From assembly GCA_041746255.1 (NCBI GenBank), contig JBGTHM010000122.1, positions 1 through 35,026 of the forward strand: a DNA stretch of 35,026 nucleotides. Direction: 5' to 3'. Made by a program: the position numbers and the translations under genes. Positions 26,593 through 35,026 of the stretch are shown here, in pieces; the first letter of the stretch is position 1, and every line of letters begins with the position of its first letter. Source of the stretch: Fibrobacteria bacterium. Lineage in GTDB: Bacteria > Fibrobacterota > Fibrobacteria > UBA11236. Under the pieces are notes generated by a model. That model was not told the DNA's origin and did no database searches. It saw nothing but the letters and a program-made list of their open reading frames with translations.

Positions 26593-28114
26593 GAGATTGC
26601 CTCCAGAATAGCAGTTGGAATTTTCGCTTGCCCTCCTCTGGAGCTGCAAGACCAGGGGGCTGCACCAAGTCTGCAGGGGCCATAAATCGGCGGATACGGC
26701 CTTGTCCCAGGCAGTTCACGGCCTCGTTAGCAGCGCAGGGTAAAGACCGGGCTACAACGGGGCCCCGAACTTCGCCTTCGATTTGGACGGCGCCCGCACT
26801 GTAAAGCACGCCTTCGAGTATCACTCCCCGACTAAGGTGGATGGACGCGTCCGTTCCGGCTGCCAAAATGAAGCCCCGGGGGCGGGAGTTATCTTCCAGG
26901 TGCATGGAAGGAGGTTGGGAGGTTTTCCCGGTTTGGGGGGCACCACCCCCGTCCAGTTTTCCGATGGTCAACAGCAAGCTGCGGGGATGTAACGCGGCAT
27001 TTCCCCTTAGCCGCAATGCCCCCCCAGCCATCGCTTGAACCAGAAGGCTGCACCGATCGGAAATATTGAGATTTCTTTCCGCAAAGAGGGAAAGACTTTG
27101 TGAGTGAACACTGTCTTCCAAAATGATGTCGCGGCCGGCAGAGAGTTCCAAATCCTCCAGAACGACGTTTCCACGGATGCGGATGTCGCCGTTTGCGCTG
27201 ATCCGGCCCGGGCCTTTCAAAATCAAGGGTGAAAAGGCCCCACCCTGGATCTCCACGTCGCCAAAGGGATAAGCTGCTGTCGGAGCTTGCTTGAAATCGG
27301 GGATTCTGCCCGCGGAAATGAAAGCATTTCCCGAGGCGCTGCCTTCGAGATTTAAATCACGACGTAAATCGGCGGAGGCCGCCCGATATTTTTTTTCCGC
27401 AAAGGTTGTCAATGCGGATGAAGGTTGTAACGACTCGTCCCAGGGCAGAAATCCACCGTCGGATTCGGCTGGCATTTTAACTTGGATATCGCCCTCTATT
27501 CGATTGGGGGGCGGCTTTTCAAAGGCAATTTCGTTTTCCAGCGTCAGCGCCGGGCTGAAAAGCCGCTCATCCAAGGCCTCACCAAATTGGGCCGTAACGG
27601 TTACGCTTTCATCCCGATATTTGCCGGTCGAACGGATTTCCCAATAAGTCTTTGTTCGTAAGGTTTTGATGGAGGGCTCTGCCAAGTCGGGAGCCAGGCT
27701 TAATTGCGGCCAAGGGGGTTCTAAGTAGGATGCCCCGGAAAATCCGAAAAGATGATCGTCGGGAAGTGAGGGAATACCAAGATTGGACGCCTTTGCAGTT
27801 TCGGATGATGACTCTGATTTTTCTACTTCATCTTCTTCATCAAGCGCTAGCTTTTCCAGTTCCCAAGCCAAACCCGATTCCGCCAAGTATAAAGCCTGGA
27901 GTCGATGGTAGGTGCTCTGGACCTGACTCTCATCTTTCCCCGCCGTTCGCAGCAGGAGGTAGCCGGAGAGCCCGCCGATAAGCAGCAGCACCATCACGAC
28001 AGGGAGCGCAGCGCCGTTTTCGGAGTGCCGTTGTTCGGAAAACCGGCTAACGAAGAGGATTCTCCCGCCCCAACTCAAAACGTCCCGCCCTGTCACGAAG
28101 AATAACGGTTTCAC
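26585..28114 (-). CDS. GspK/PilX-like minor (pseudo)pilin with large C-terminal beta-rich domain
   Basis: NG|AALPVVMVLLLI (no E5, as in GspK/PilX); QALYLAESGL.W motif; repetitive beta-solenoid-like C-terminus. Start uncertain (28114, 28096 or 28078). Confidence 0.78.
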   Translation of the reverse strand: MKPLFFVTGRDVLSWGGRILFVSRFSEQRHSENGAALPVVMVLLLIGGLSGYLLLRTAGKDESQVQSTYHRLQALYLAESGLAWELEKLALDEEDEVEKSESSSETAKASNLGIPSLPDDHLFGFSGASYLEPPWPQLSLAPDLAEPSIKTLRTKTYWEIRSTGKYRDESVTVTAQFGEALDERLFSPALTLENEIAFEKPPPNRIEGDIQVKMPAESDGGFLPWDESLQPSSALTTFAEKKYRAASADLRRDLNLEGSASGNAFISAGRIPDFKQAPTAAYPFGDVEIQGGAFSPLILKGPGRISANGDIRIRGNVVLEDLELSAGRDIILEDSVHSQSLSLFAERNLNISDRCSLLVQAMAGGALRLRGNAALHPRSLLLTIGKLDGGGAPQTGKTSQPPSMHLEDNSRPRGFILAAGTDASIHLSRGVILEGVLYSAGAVQIEGEVRGPVVARSLPCAANEAVNCLGQGRIRRFMAPADLVQPPGLAAPEEGKRKFQLLFWRQSRE

Positions 28115-28535
28115 CCTCTATGGCTTCGACAACAGCCGAATCGAGCTTATCACCAACGGACACAATCCTTTTTACTCCCGCATTATCGCTGATGGTAGCG
28201 ACGTGCTGCCCCACTGTTCCGTGCAAAACATACCCCCTCGGTGGAGGTGGTTGCGGCGGACGGGACGAGCGTATGGAAGTGGTTCCGGTTGCATTGGGAT
28301 ATCGAAATGGATTTCGGATGGGATTAGCAGTCGCGGTGTCCACCCGGTCTCCGCTCAAGGGCATGCGAACTTGAGCGATGCGGTAGAGGAGGGAATCGTA
28401 AGTACCGGAGTTTTGCGTGCGGTTTTGTTGAGGGGCTAGTGACCCGGGAATTTTCCGCTGCAGGTCTTCCCAGGCGGAATATAGGATGAAAGCTGCGGCA
28501 ACAATGGGCCAGCCCATGCGGAGAAGCTTTTTCAT
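28047..28535 (-). CDS. GspC/PilP-like accessory protein
   Basis: N-terminal TM, RNPF motif, Pro-rich linker, L.GTV....ATI......IVSVGD.L....V..I...TVIL beta domain; position in cluster. Confidence 0.7.
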   Translation of the reverse strand: MKKLLRMGWPIVAAAFILYSAWEDLQRKIPGSLAPQQNRTQNSGTYDSLLYRIAQVRMPLSGDRVDTATANPIRNPFRYPNATGTTSIRSSRPPQPPPPRGYVLHGTVGQHVATISDNAGVKRIVSVGDKLDSAVVEAIEGETVILRDRAGRFELGRENPLR

Positions 28536-29086
28536 CTCCCCTTTTCCTTCGCTACGTAAGCATAGACATGCAGCGATGTCTCCATTTTTTTTTCGGATGC
28601 CCGTAAGGAAATTTCCTCTAGGTAGAGATAAGGGTAGTCGCGGCGTACCTTATCGAGAAGTACGTAGACTTGGGGGAAGGTGGCTAAGCCTTCCAAGCGG
28701 ACTTGAATCCGCTGTAATTCTCCGGCTTTCCCCTGCGTGGGTTGAGTGCGAAGTACTTGCATCCCGCATTCCTCAGCCAAGTTCCTGAGGCGGTCTACCA
28801 GAACCTGGGCTGATGCCGTCTCCACCAGGGAAACGCTGCGGGCAAGGTAAAATTCGCTTAGCAATTCCACCTCTTCCTTGAGCCGGTTTTCGGTGGAGTC
28901 GAGCCAGGGCTTTTCATAGGTATTCTCCCGAAGCCGCGCCCATTCTTTTTCCGCTGCAAGCAAATCTCCCGATAGTAAAGGTACGATGAAATGCGCGAAC
29001 AGATAGATTAAGCAAGCGGGTACGAGCCAAGCCGCTATCCATCCGCGGTCCTGCCACAAAATCGATTGAGGCTTGGAATTATTCAT
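28532..29086 (-). CDS. PilO/GspM-like inner-membrane protein
   Basis: Single TM, coiled coil, ferredoxin-like C-terminus (L..LAEECGM.V, V.LEG.ATF..V..LL); ATGA overlaps on both sides. Confidence 0.72.
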   Translation of the reverse strand: MNNSKPQSILWQDRGWIAAWLVPACLIYLFAHFIVPLLSGDLLAAEKEWARLRENTYEKPWLDSTENRLKEEVELLSEFYLARSVSLVETASAQVLVDRLRNLAEECGMQVLRTQPTQGKAGELQRIQVRLEGLATFPQVYVLLDKVRRDYPYLYLEEISLRASEKKMETSLHVYAYVAKEKGR

Positions 29087-30510
29087 ATTCGACGTAGCCT
29101 GCAATTCACGTAAAAGGCGACTATACCGCTTTGGGAATCACGTTTCTGCTCGGATAATTCCACATGGGAGAAATAGGGTGAAGCTGAAAGCTTTTCCTGC
29201 ATGGCGCCAACTTCATCCCAATCCTTAACCCAGACTTTGAAGGAAAGCCGAGTCGTACCCTCGGAGTTCATCGCCGCTAAACCTTCCATTCCGGCCTCGG
29301 TAGGCAGCGCTTGCGTAATCACCGCTAAAATTGCGTCCCAAGCCAGAGGTTTGGTCCAAACCGGTTGCATACGCAAAAGTTCTTCTTCCAATCCGTTCTT
29401 TTCAATCCGCAGCCGTTCGATGGACTCGACCTGGCCGCCATGGACCCGCGCCTCAGCGGCCAAGGCTGCGATGCGGGTTTCCACACGATGGTGGCGAAAT
29501 AAATACGCTCCCCACGCGGTCAGACAGAGTATCAGGGCCAGAGCTGTAGTTTTAGCGGCGAGAAAGGATTGGCGTAAGGTAATATTTCGCTGGTGTCCGA
29601 CGCCACTTAATCCGTCATGGGATTCCCAATGTCCGGTTGTTGCGGCCAGTGCCAGTCCAAAATGAACCAGAATTGCGGAAGAGTATTTGGGATCCCAATC
29701 GCCCTTAAAGGGCTTGGCACAGCCGCAATCCCAAGCGCGGATTTTCCAATTTTTCAAGGCGGGAATCGGAGCCCTCCCGTCGTTCTTGCTCAGGGTCGGA
29801 AGCACCATACCCAATTCGGTGACAGTAGGGCGGGCCGCCAATCCGAATTCCCGATGGCGGATTAGCCTGGTTTCCACTTCATTCCAGTTCCAAGTTCCTG
29901 TATTCCCTTCCACAAAGTTTTCCTGGTTCAACCTGAGCAAATGAAAAGGTTGGCCGGCGATGAATAGTAGGGAGTACAAATAGGATGCGAAGGGTAACAG
30001 CAATTGAAAATCCGCTTGACCGGTTTCAATCGCGAAGTTTTCCGCTAAGGATTCGATTGCCGCTTCGACGGGAAGCCAGGCATCTACCAGCCGCGGGATT
30101 TTTTCTTTATCGGTAGCGCCGCCCCCTTCCCCGCCGTTTACTTCGTTGGCGGCAAATACCGCCAACTCGGCAAAAACACGATGGTTGGAACCCTGGTTGG
30201 TATCTTCCGCGAAAAACAAATGCCATCCCTGTAAGCGATAAAGGCCGCGTTTTTTCCCGAGCGATTCGGATAGAGCTTTTTCCACGGCCTCATCGGTTAC
30301 GGATTCGCCGAAAGGCGTTTGGATATCGAGGTGTAAAAACCGGGTTCCCGCTAATCCCTTTACAATGTGGTGGTAGGCGTGCACGGAAGCATAGTCGGGC
30401 ATCCATTCCGCAGTGTGAAAGGATTCCAACCTGGGGTGGCCGTCCCGAACTTTGAAGGTTGCCCTTCCCTGGGAGGGAATAAAAGTCAAAATGTTACGCG
30501 TCTTCCCCAT
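29083..30510 (-). CDS. GspL-like / PilM-PilN fusion-like protein
   Basis: Long cytoplasmic N-terminal region, one TM, coiled coil, PilN-like C-terminus (W..IL..I...LP, L..SPYF..V.L); first gene of the filament cluster. Confidence 0.7.
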   Translation of the reverse strand: MGKTRNILTFIPSQGRATFKVRDGHPRLESFHTAEWMPDYASVHAYHHIVKGLAGTRFLHLDIQTPFGESVTDEAVEKALSESLGKKRGLYRLQGWHLFFAEDTNQGSNHRVFAELAVFAANEVNGGEGGGATDKEKIPRLVDAWLPVEAAIESLAENFAIETGQADFQLLLPFASYLYSLLFIAGQPFHLLRLNQENFVEGNTGTWNWNEVETRLIRHREFGLAARPTVTELGMVLPTLSKNDGRAPIPALKNWKIRAWDCGCAKPFKGDWDPKYSSAILVHFGLALAATTGHWESHDGLSGVGHQRNITLRQSFLAAKTTALALILCLTAWGAYLFRHHRVETRIAALAAEARVHGGQVESIERLRIEKNGLEEELLRMQPVWTKPLAWDAILAVITQALPTEAGMEGLAAMNSEGTTRLSFKVWVKDWDEVGAMQEKLSASPYFSHVELSEQKRDSQSGIVAFYVNCRLRRI

Positions 30511-30538
30511 GGCTCCGTCACCGGTACTCAGCGGCCTT

Positions 30539-31006
30539 TCAGGTAAGGCGCTGCAGCAATACTTTCAATTCGTCACGAATGCGGAGTAACTCGTCGCGGC
30601 TCGGAGTGGATGGGGATTGCGTGGGTATTTCCAAGGTAACCGGCTCCTCGTTGGAAATATCGTTCGCCTTCTCCTCGGGCTTTTCCACCCGACGGGTAAC
30701 CGCCGCAGCCGGGAGCAAGCTCATCTGACCTTCGAGATCGCTTAAATCGGCCTCAGACAATTTCTTGTTGGCTCCCGCAATGGTGAAGCCCTGGTCGTAT
30801 AACAGCCATTTGATATAGTGGACCAGCTTGATTTCTTTGGGACGATAAGCGCGGTTTCCGGAGCGGTTTTTCTTGGGCCGAAGTTGGGGAAATTCCGCCT
30901 CCCAATAACGCAAAACATGAGGTTCCAGCCCTGTTTGTTCGCAGACTTCGGAAATGGAGTAGTAGAGCTTTCCCATTTCCAAGCGTTTAAGCGCGGAATT
31001 ACCCAT
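30539..31006 (-). CDS. MerR-family HTH protein (KLYYSI.EV subfamily)
   Basis: KLYYSISEV...GLEPHVLRYWE.EFPQL.PKK...G.R.Y, LLYDQGFTIAGA; GGGAGG RBS before ATG 31006. Confidence 0.92.
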   Translation of the reverse strand: MGNSALKRLEMGKLYYSISEVCEQTGLEPHVLRYWEAEFPQLRPKKNRSGNRAYRPKEIKLVHYIKWLLYDQGFTIAGANKKLSEADLSDLEGQMSLLPAAAVTRRVEKPEEKANDISNEEPVTLEIPTQSPSTPSRDELLRIRDELKVLLQRLT

Positions 31007-31616
31007 CTTTCTTCCTCCCAAACTTATTCTCAGTCCCTTGCCAAAGTCTCACGATATTGGGCTGGTGCCTGATTACTACGAATGCGGATATCACGACAGC
31101 GGCCCAGGTTACCAAAAGCAGTTCCTGGTCCGGGTATATTTTCGCTTCAGAATATACCAATAAGGGAAGGGCGAGCGCAGAGATTATGGATGCAAGGCTG
31201 ACGTAGCGTGTACGCCACGTAACCAAACCCCAGATAACCAATACGGCCAGGCAACTCCAAGGTGCGAAGAAAAGGAAGACTCCTAGACCCGTAAGTACGC
31301 TTTTCCCGCCCCGGAAGCGGGCGAGGAAAGAAAAACTGTGTCCGAGAACGGCGAAAACACCCCCGGCCAAAGCGGCCTGTTGGGTTCCGAGCAGAGATGC
31401 GCCCACAGCGGCGGCGGCGAAACCTTTGAAAACGTCGGCTAAGGCTACCGGTATCGCGGGTTTCCATCCCAGCACTCGCAGAACATTGGTCATGCCGGGG
31501 TTACGGCTGCCAACCGAGAGAATGTCGGTGCGATAGAAATATTTGGAAACCCAGATGGCGGTGGGAACCGATCCGATGACATATCCGAACAGGCAAACAA
31601 GCAGGAATGCGGCCAT
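30999..31616 (-). CDS. plsY: Glycerol-3-phosphate acyltransferase PlsY
   Basis: Y.IGSVP, GS.NPGMTNV.R, D..KG, LGHSFS....FRGGKSV, YVSLASI, RH..NI.RL..GTE. Confidence 0.95.
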   Translation of the reverse strand: MAAFLLVCLFGYVIGSVPTAIWVSKYFYRTDILSVGSRNPGMTNVLRVLGWKPAIPVALADVFKGFAAAAVGASLLGTQQAALAGGVFAVLGHSFSFLARFRGGKSVLTGLGVFLFFAPWSCLAVLVIWGLVTWRTRYVSLASIISALALPLLVYSEAKIYPDQELLLVTWAAVVISAFVVIRHQPNIVRLWQGTENKFGRKKDG

Positions 31617-31620
31617 AAGA

Positions 31621-33030
31621 CTACTTTTCTTCCGGTTGCATCGTCTCCCCGGCCCATTCGTCGTCCGCGGATCTTCCCAAGCGTAGATAAGCTTCTAATT
31701 CTTCGTCGGTACGGAGTTGAAAGCGATCGCGGAACCATATGCGCAAAGGAACCCCCTCAAGACCGAAGTAGTCATGCGCCTGGCGTCGCAGGTAACGGAT
31801 ATAGCTTTCGGTAACCAGTTCTGGGCGGCTTACTTCGAAGGCCAAGGCCGGAGGCTTGACCATTACCTGGCAACAGCGCTTCAACATTACCGCACCTTTG
31901 GTGGTATAAGGATGGGCATGCTTGGCGATAGCTTCTTCAAACCATTTGATGACTTCATCGCGGCCCAGTATCCTTTGCAAACCGGAATGAACCCGTAAAA
32001 TAATGTCCATGAGCCGCGGGAGCCGACGTCCGGTAAGCCCTGAAACCGCTACGAAGGGAACGAATTCGAGTTCGGAGTATTTGTAAATCATCTCTTTGAC
32101 GAGATTATCGAAGGTTTTGTCGTCGGCTTCGATGAGGTCCCATTTGTTGAGGACCATGACCAGGCCTTTCCCTTCGCGCTGTACCTGCTCGATGATGCGC
32201 AAGTCCTGGATTTCCAAACCGCGCGCGATATCGAAAAGCAGGACGCATACATCGCTGCGACGAATGGATTCGAGCGAACGCATATTGGAGTAATACTCAA
32301 CGTCGTCCTTCACCCGGGCTTTTTTGCGCAGGCCGGCCGTATCGGTGATGATGAAAGGTTGGCCCTGGTATTCGAACTCGGTATCGATGGAATCCCTCGT
32401 AGTACCGGGAATCTCCGAGGTAATGAGTCGCTCCTCACCCAAAAGACGGTTGACCAGGGTACTTTTACCCGCATTGGGACGCCCCAGGACCGCTACGCGA
32501 ATATTTTTGTCTTCAGGGATGGAATCGGGCTTGTCGGGTAAGCTGGAGATAATTTCATCCAGCAGGTCCGCCACTCCCTCCCCCGTCAAGGCGGAAATCG
32601 GATAGGGCGTACCCAAGCCCAGAGACCAAAATTCATGCACGTCGGTTTGCGACTGGCGGGTTTCGGTTTTATTAACCACCAAAAAAGTATGTTGATTGCG
32701 TTGGTGCATGAACCTCGAAAATTGCAGGTCGAGATCCGAGATTCCCGAGCGGCCATCCACGACGAAAAGGACGCATTCCGCTTCGGTGATGGCGGCTTCA
32801 ATTTGGAATTTCACCTGGCCGTCGAGGGCATCCAACTCTTTGGAAAGAAAACCCCCGGTGTCGATGATTTGAAAATAAACACCGTTCCACTCGGCGGTTT
32901 GGTAATGCCGGTCGCGCGTAACGCCTTCGCGATCGAATACCACGGCGGCCTTTCGGCCGACAATTCGGTTGAATAGGCTGGATTTTCCGACATTGGGGCG
33001 GCCGACGATAACGACCTTAGGAAGGTTCAT
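31621..33030 (-). CDS. der: Ribosome biogenesis GTPase Der (EngA)
   Basis: Two tandem GTPase domains (GRPNVGKS/GVTRD/DTGG/NK and GRPNAGKS/GTTRD/DTAG/NKWD) plus KH-like C-terminus. Confidence 0.97.
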   Translation of the reverse strand: MNLPKVVIVGRPNVGKSSLFNRIVGRKAAVVFDREGVTRDRHYQTAEWNGVYFQIIDTGGFLSKELDALDGQVKFQIEAAITEAECVLFVVDGRSGISDLDLQFSRFMHQRNQHTFLVVNKTETRQSQTDVHEFWSLGLGTPYPISALTGEGVADLLDEIISSLPDKPDSIPEDKNIRVAVLGRPNAGKSTLVNRLLGEERLITSEIPGTTRDSIDTEFEYQGQPFIITDTAGLRKKARVKDDVEYYSNMRSLESIRRSDVCVLLFDIARGLEIQDLRIIEQVQREGKGLVMVLNKWDLIEADDKTFDNLVKEMIYKYSELEFVPFVAVSGLTGRRLPRLMDIILRVHSGLQRILGRDEVIKWFEEAIAKHAHPYTTKGAVMLKRCCQVMVKPPALAFEVSRPELVTESYIRYLRRQAHDYFGLEGVPLRIWFRDRFQLRTDEELEAYLRLGRSADDEWAGETMQPEEK

Positions 33031-33037
33031 GGAGCCA

Positions 33038-33066
33038 AAATTACAGCATATTTAAGTTATTGGCAA
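33038..33066 (-). promoter_or_regulatory. Candidate sigma70-type promoter for der, probably leaderless
   Basis: TTGCCA-17 nt-TAATTT-7 nt-ATG(33030); no SD-like sequence before the ATG. Confidence 0.55.
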
Positions 33067-33083
33067 TGCTAGGGTTATAAAAT

Positions 33084-33821
33084 ATGTTTAAAAGACCTTC
33101 TCAGCTCAAATCCATTGTGAAATTCGACTTTCATCTGCATACTTTGGACGATCCCCTCGATCACCACGTCTACCACACTGCCTTCGAATTGATCGACCTG
33201 GCCGCCTCGCTCGCCTATGGGGCGCTCTCGATTACCCTCCACGACATCCAATACGAGAACCAGGCGACGTTCGAATATGCCGCCGAGAGAGACATTTTGC
33301 TTCTCCCCGGTGTGGAACGGGGAATCGAGGGAAGTCATGTCCTGCTAATCAATTACCCCAAAAAGGTGACTGAAAGTATCAAGACTTTCACCGACCTTCG
33401 CCGAGCGAAGACCCCGGAAGGTCTGGTCATTGCCGCCCACCCCTTTTTCCCCGGGGGGGTATGCCTTCGAGACCATCTGTATAAACACCATGACCTTTTC
33501 GACGCAGTGGAAATTTCGGGTTTTTATCACCGAAGGTGGGATCCCAATCATAAAGGCCGCCAGGCGGCGCTTAAACTGGGGTTGCCGCTGGTCGGTAATT
33601 CGGATACCCATACCCTGGAGCAGTTTGGAACGACTTGGAGTGAAATCGATTGTGATAAGACCCCTGCCGGATTGATACAAGCCATTAAAGCGGGAAAAGC
33701 CATGGTCATGGGCCGTGCGCTTACAGCCGGTGAGATGGGTTTAATCGCCTACAAGGTCGTGGCGAGGGGCTATATGAAATGGATAAATTACAAGCGTGTC
33801 CGAGGCTATGTGGCCCAATAA
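33084..33821 (+). CDS. PHP-domain metal-dependent phosphoesterase
   Basis: DFHLHT, ITLHD, PGVE, HVL, AAHPF, GNSDTH metal-ligand motifs. Confidence 0.9.
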   Translation: MFKRPSQLKSIVKFDFHLHTLDDPLDHHVYHTAFELIDLAASLAYGALSITLHDIQYENQATFEYAAERDILLLPGVERGIEGSHVLLINYPKKVTESIKTFTDLRRAKTPEGLVIAAHPFFPGGVCLRDHLYKHHDLFDAVEISGFYHRRWDPNHKGRQAALKLGLPLVGNSDTHTLEQFGTTWSEIDCDKTPAGLIQAIKAGKAMVMGRALTAGEMGLIAYKVVARGYMKWINYKRVRGYVAQ

Positions 33822-33835
33822 GCTTGCCAACCCAC

Positions 33836-34726
33836 TTACGCCAGCACGCTCCAGGCAATTCCAACCAGAATACAGATGCTGACGGCGATGTTGACCAGGA
33901 AAAAATCCTGGTTCAAAGTATCGAGGCTCGCGCTGCGCCGGAAGAGGTGGGCATAGAGGAGTAAAAGCGCGACTACCCCCAAACTGACGTGATAAGGCAT
34001 TCCCAATCCACCCCACCACCCCAATCCCAGTAATACCAGCCACATAGCCGCATGCAGGAGTTTCGCCACGGTCAAAGCGCCGGTAACTCCCAATTTTACC
34101 ACCATGGAATGCAGTCCCCGACGTTTGTCGAAGTCATGATCCTGAGTTGCGTAAATGATGTCGAAGCCGGCAATCCACAGCATCAAAGCGAGAAAAAGCC
34201 AGATGGGTTCCCAGGCAAATCCGCCACGCACGGCAATCCAGGCGCCCACGGGGGAAATACCGATGGCCAACCCCAGAAATAAATGGCTGTAGGCGGTAAA
34301 ACGTTTGGTCCAGGAGTAGAAACACACCACCGCCAAGGCCGGTATGGCAAGATAGAGGGCCAACCGGTTGATGAAAGCCGTGGTCACCACGAAAGCCACC
34401 ATATTCACCAGTAAGAATGCCGTCACCTCCTTTGCCGAAAGGATGCCGGCGGGAATATGCCTTTTCGCGGTGCGGGGATTCTCGCCGTCGATGTCCGCAT
34501 CCAATAGCCGGTTACAGGCCATGGCGGCATTACGGCAAAAAATCATGGCCAGGATGATGAGCAGGATCAGCACCGGAGAGGGCCAACCTCCTGCGGCCCA
34601 CAACATGGAAGCCAGGGCGAATGGCATGGCGAAAAGCGTATGCGAAAAACGGACTAGCGAGAGGAACTGGGCGAATTTCTCCATCCAATTTTTTTCTGTG
34701 ATTTTGGCGGAGGCATCCCGGTTCAT
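33836..34726 (-). CDS. UbiA-family polyprenyltransferase (MqnP-like subfamily)
   Basis: F.HTLFAMPFA, AM..NRLLDADID..NPRT..R..P.G, YS.TKRFT, W.AGFDIIYA.QD..FD...GLHS. Confidence 0.9.
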   Translation of the reverse strand: MNRDASAKITEKNWMEKFAQFLSLVRFSHTLFAMPFALASMLWAAGGWPSPVLILLIILAMIFCRNAAMACNRLLDADIDGENPRTAKRHIPAGILSAKEVTAFLLVNMVAFVVTTAFINRLALYLAIPALAVVCFYSWTKRFTAYSHLFLGLAIGISPVGAWIAVRGGFAWEPIWLFLALMLWIAGFDIIYATQDHDFDKRRGLHSMVVKLGVTGALTVAKLLHAAMWLVLLGLGWWGGLGMPYHVSLGVVALLLLYAHLFRRSASLDTLNQDFFLVNIAVSICILVGIAWSVLA

Positions 34727-35026
34727 GCCGCTTTATCTTTCTTCTTTTTCAGCTTCGTGGGGGGAGTACGCCAACGACTTCCCACTTCGTGTTTCACCTC
34801 GAGGTGATCCAATACCCGCATTAAAACGGTATCAACCAAATCTTCTATGCTGCGCGGATGCATATAGAAAGCGGGGCTGGCCGGCAAAATCACCACCCCC
34901 AAATCCGAAAGCTTCTTCTGATTTTCAAGGTGGATGCTGCTCATGGGACATTCGCGTGGCACGATTATCAATTTCCGCCTTTCCTTGATGCACACATCGG
35001 CCGAGCGAGCCAATAAATTATCCCCT
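34723..35026 (-). CDS. ubiX: Flavin prenyltransferase UbiX (3' part; 5' end beyond window)
   Basis: RSADVCIKERRKLIIVPRE.P...IHLEN, ILPASPAFY.HP..IEDLVD...RVLD; ATGA overlap with the UbiA-family gene. Confidence 0.93.
   Translation of the reverse strand, partial: GDNLLARSADVCIKERRKLIIVPRECPMSSIHLENQKKLSDLGVVILPASPAFYMHPRSIEDLVDTVLMRVLDHLEVKHEVGSRWRTPPTKLKKKKDKAA

Noticed and set aside
28047..28114. Programmed frameshift or sequencing error at the 68-nt overlap of the GspC-like and GspK-like genes
   Set aside because: Both ORFs look complete, and downstream GTG/TTG starts (28096, 28078) shrink the overlap. No convincing slippery site.

Overview
A gene-dense window made up mostly of core chromosomal genes. 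My impression is an FCB-group organism, probably Fibrobacterota, but this is inferred from gene content and order, not from a search. Left to right: 3' end of a tRNA (probably Ser); rpoZ-coaBC-degenerate family-4 UDG-dnaB-mlaE-mlaF-radA-tgt; a FapA(DUF342)-cheX-cheY motility block facing a CxxxCxxCC protein; a lipoprotein with Dx[DN]xDG repeats paired with a TraF/PorV/FadL-like outer-membrane barrel; NUDIX, a small lipoprotein, birA, an OsmC-family gene, rho (N-terminal extension, long leader), gatB and trmB. A ~12 kb minus-strand run of 12 tightly packed genes (der-plsY-MerR, eight T2SS/type IV filament-like genes, HEXXH SprT-like gene) is followed by a PHP protein, a UbiA/MqnP-like gene and a partial ubiX. 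I saw no CRISPR, integrase or transposase. Best leads: (1) the atypical T2SS-like locus (triple-STN secretin, pseudopilin with twin EF-hand loops, coupled metalloprotein, no platform or major pilin gene); (2) the apparently catalytically dead UDG coupled to dnaB; (3) the lipoprotein/barrel pair; (4) the rho leader with a uORF; (5) a clamp-binding-like QMSLL motif in the MerR protein. All calls come from reading motifs by eye.
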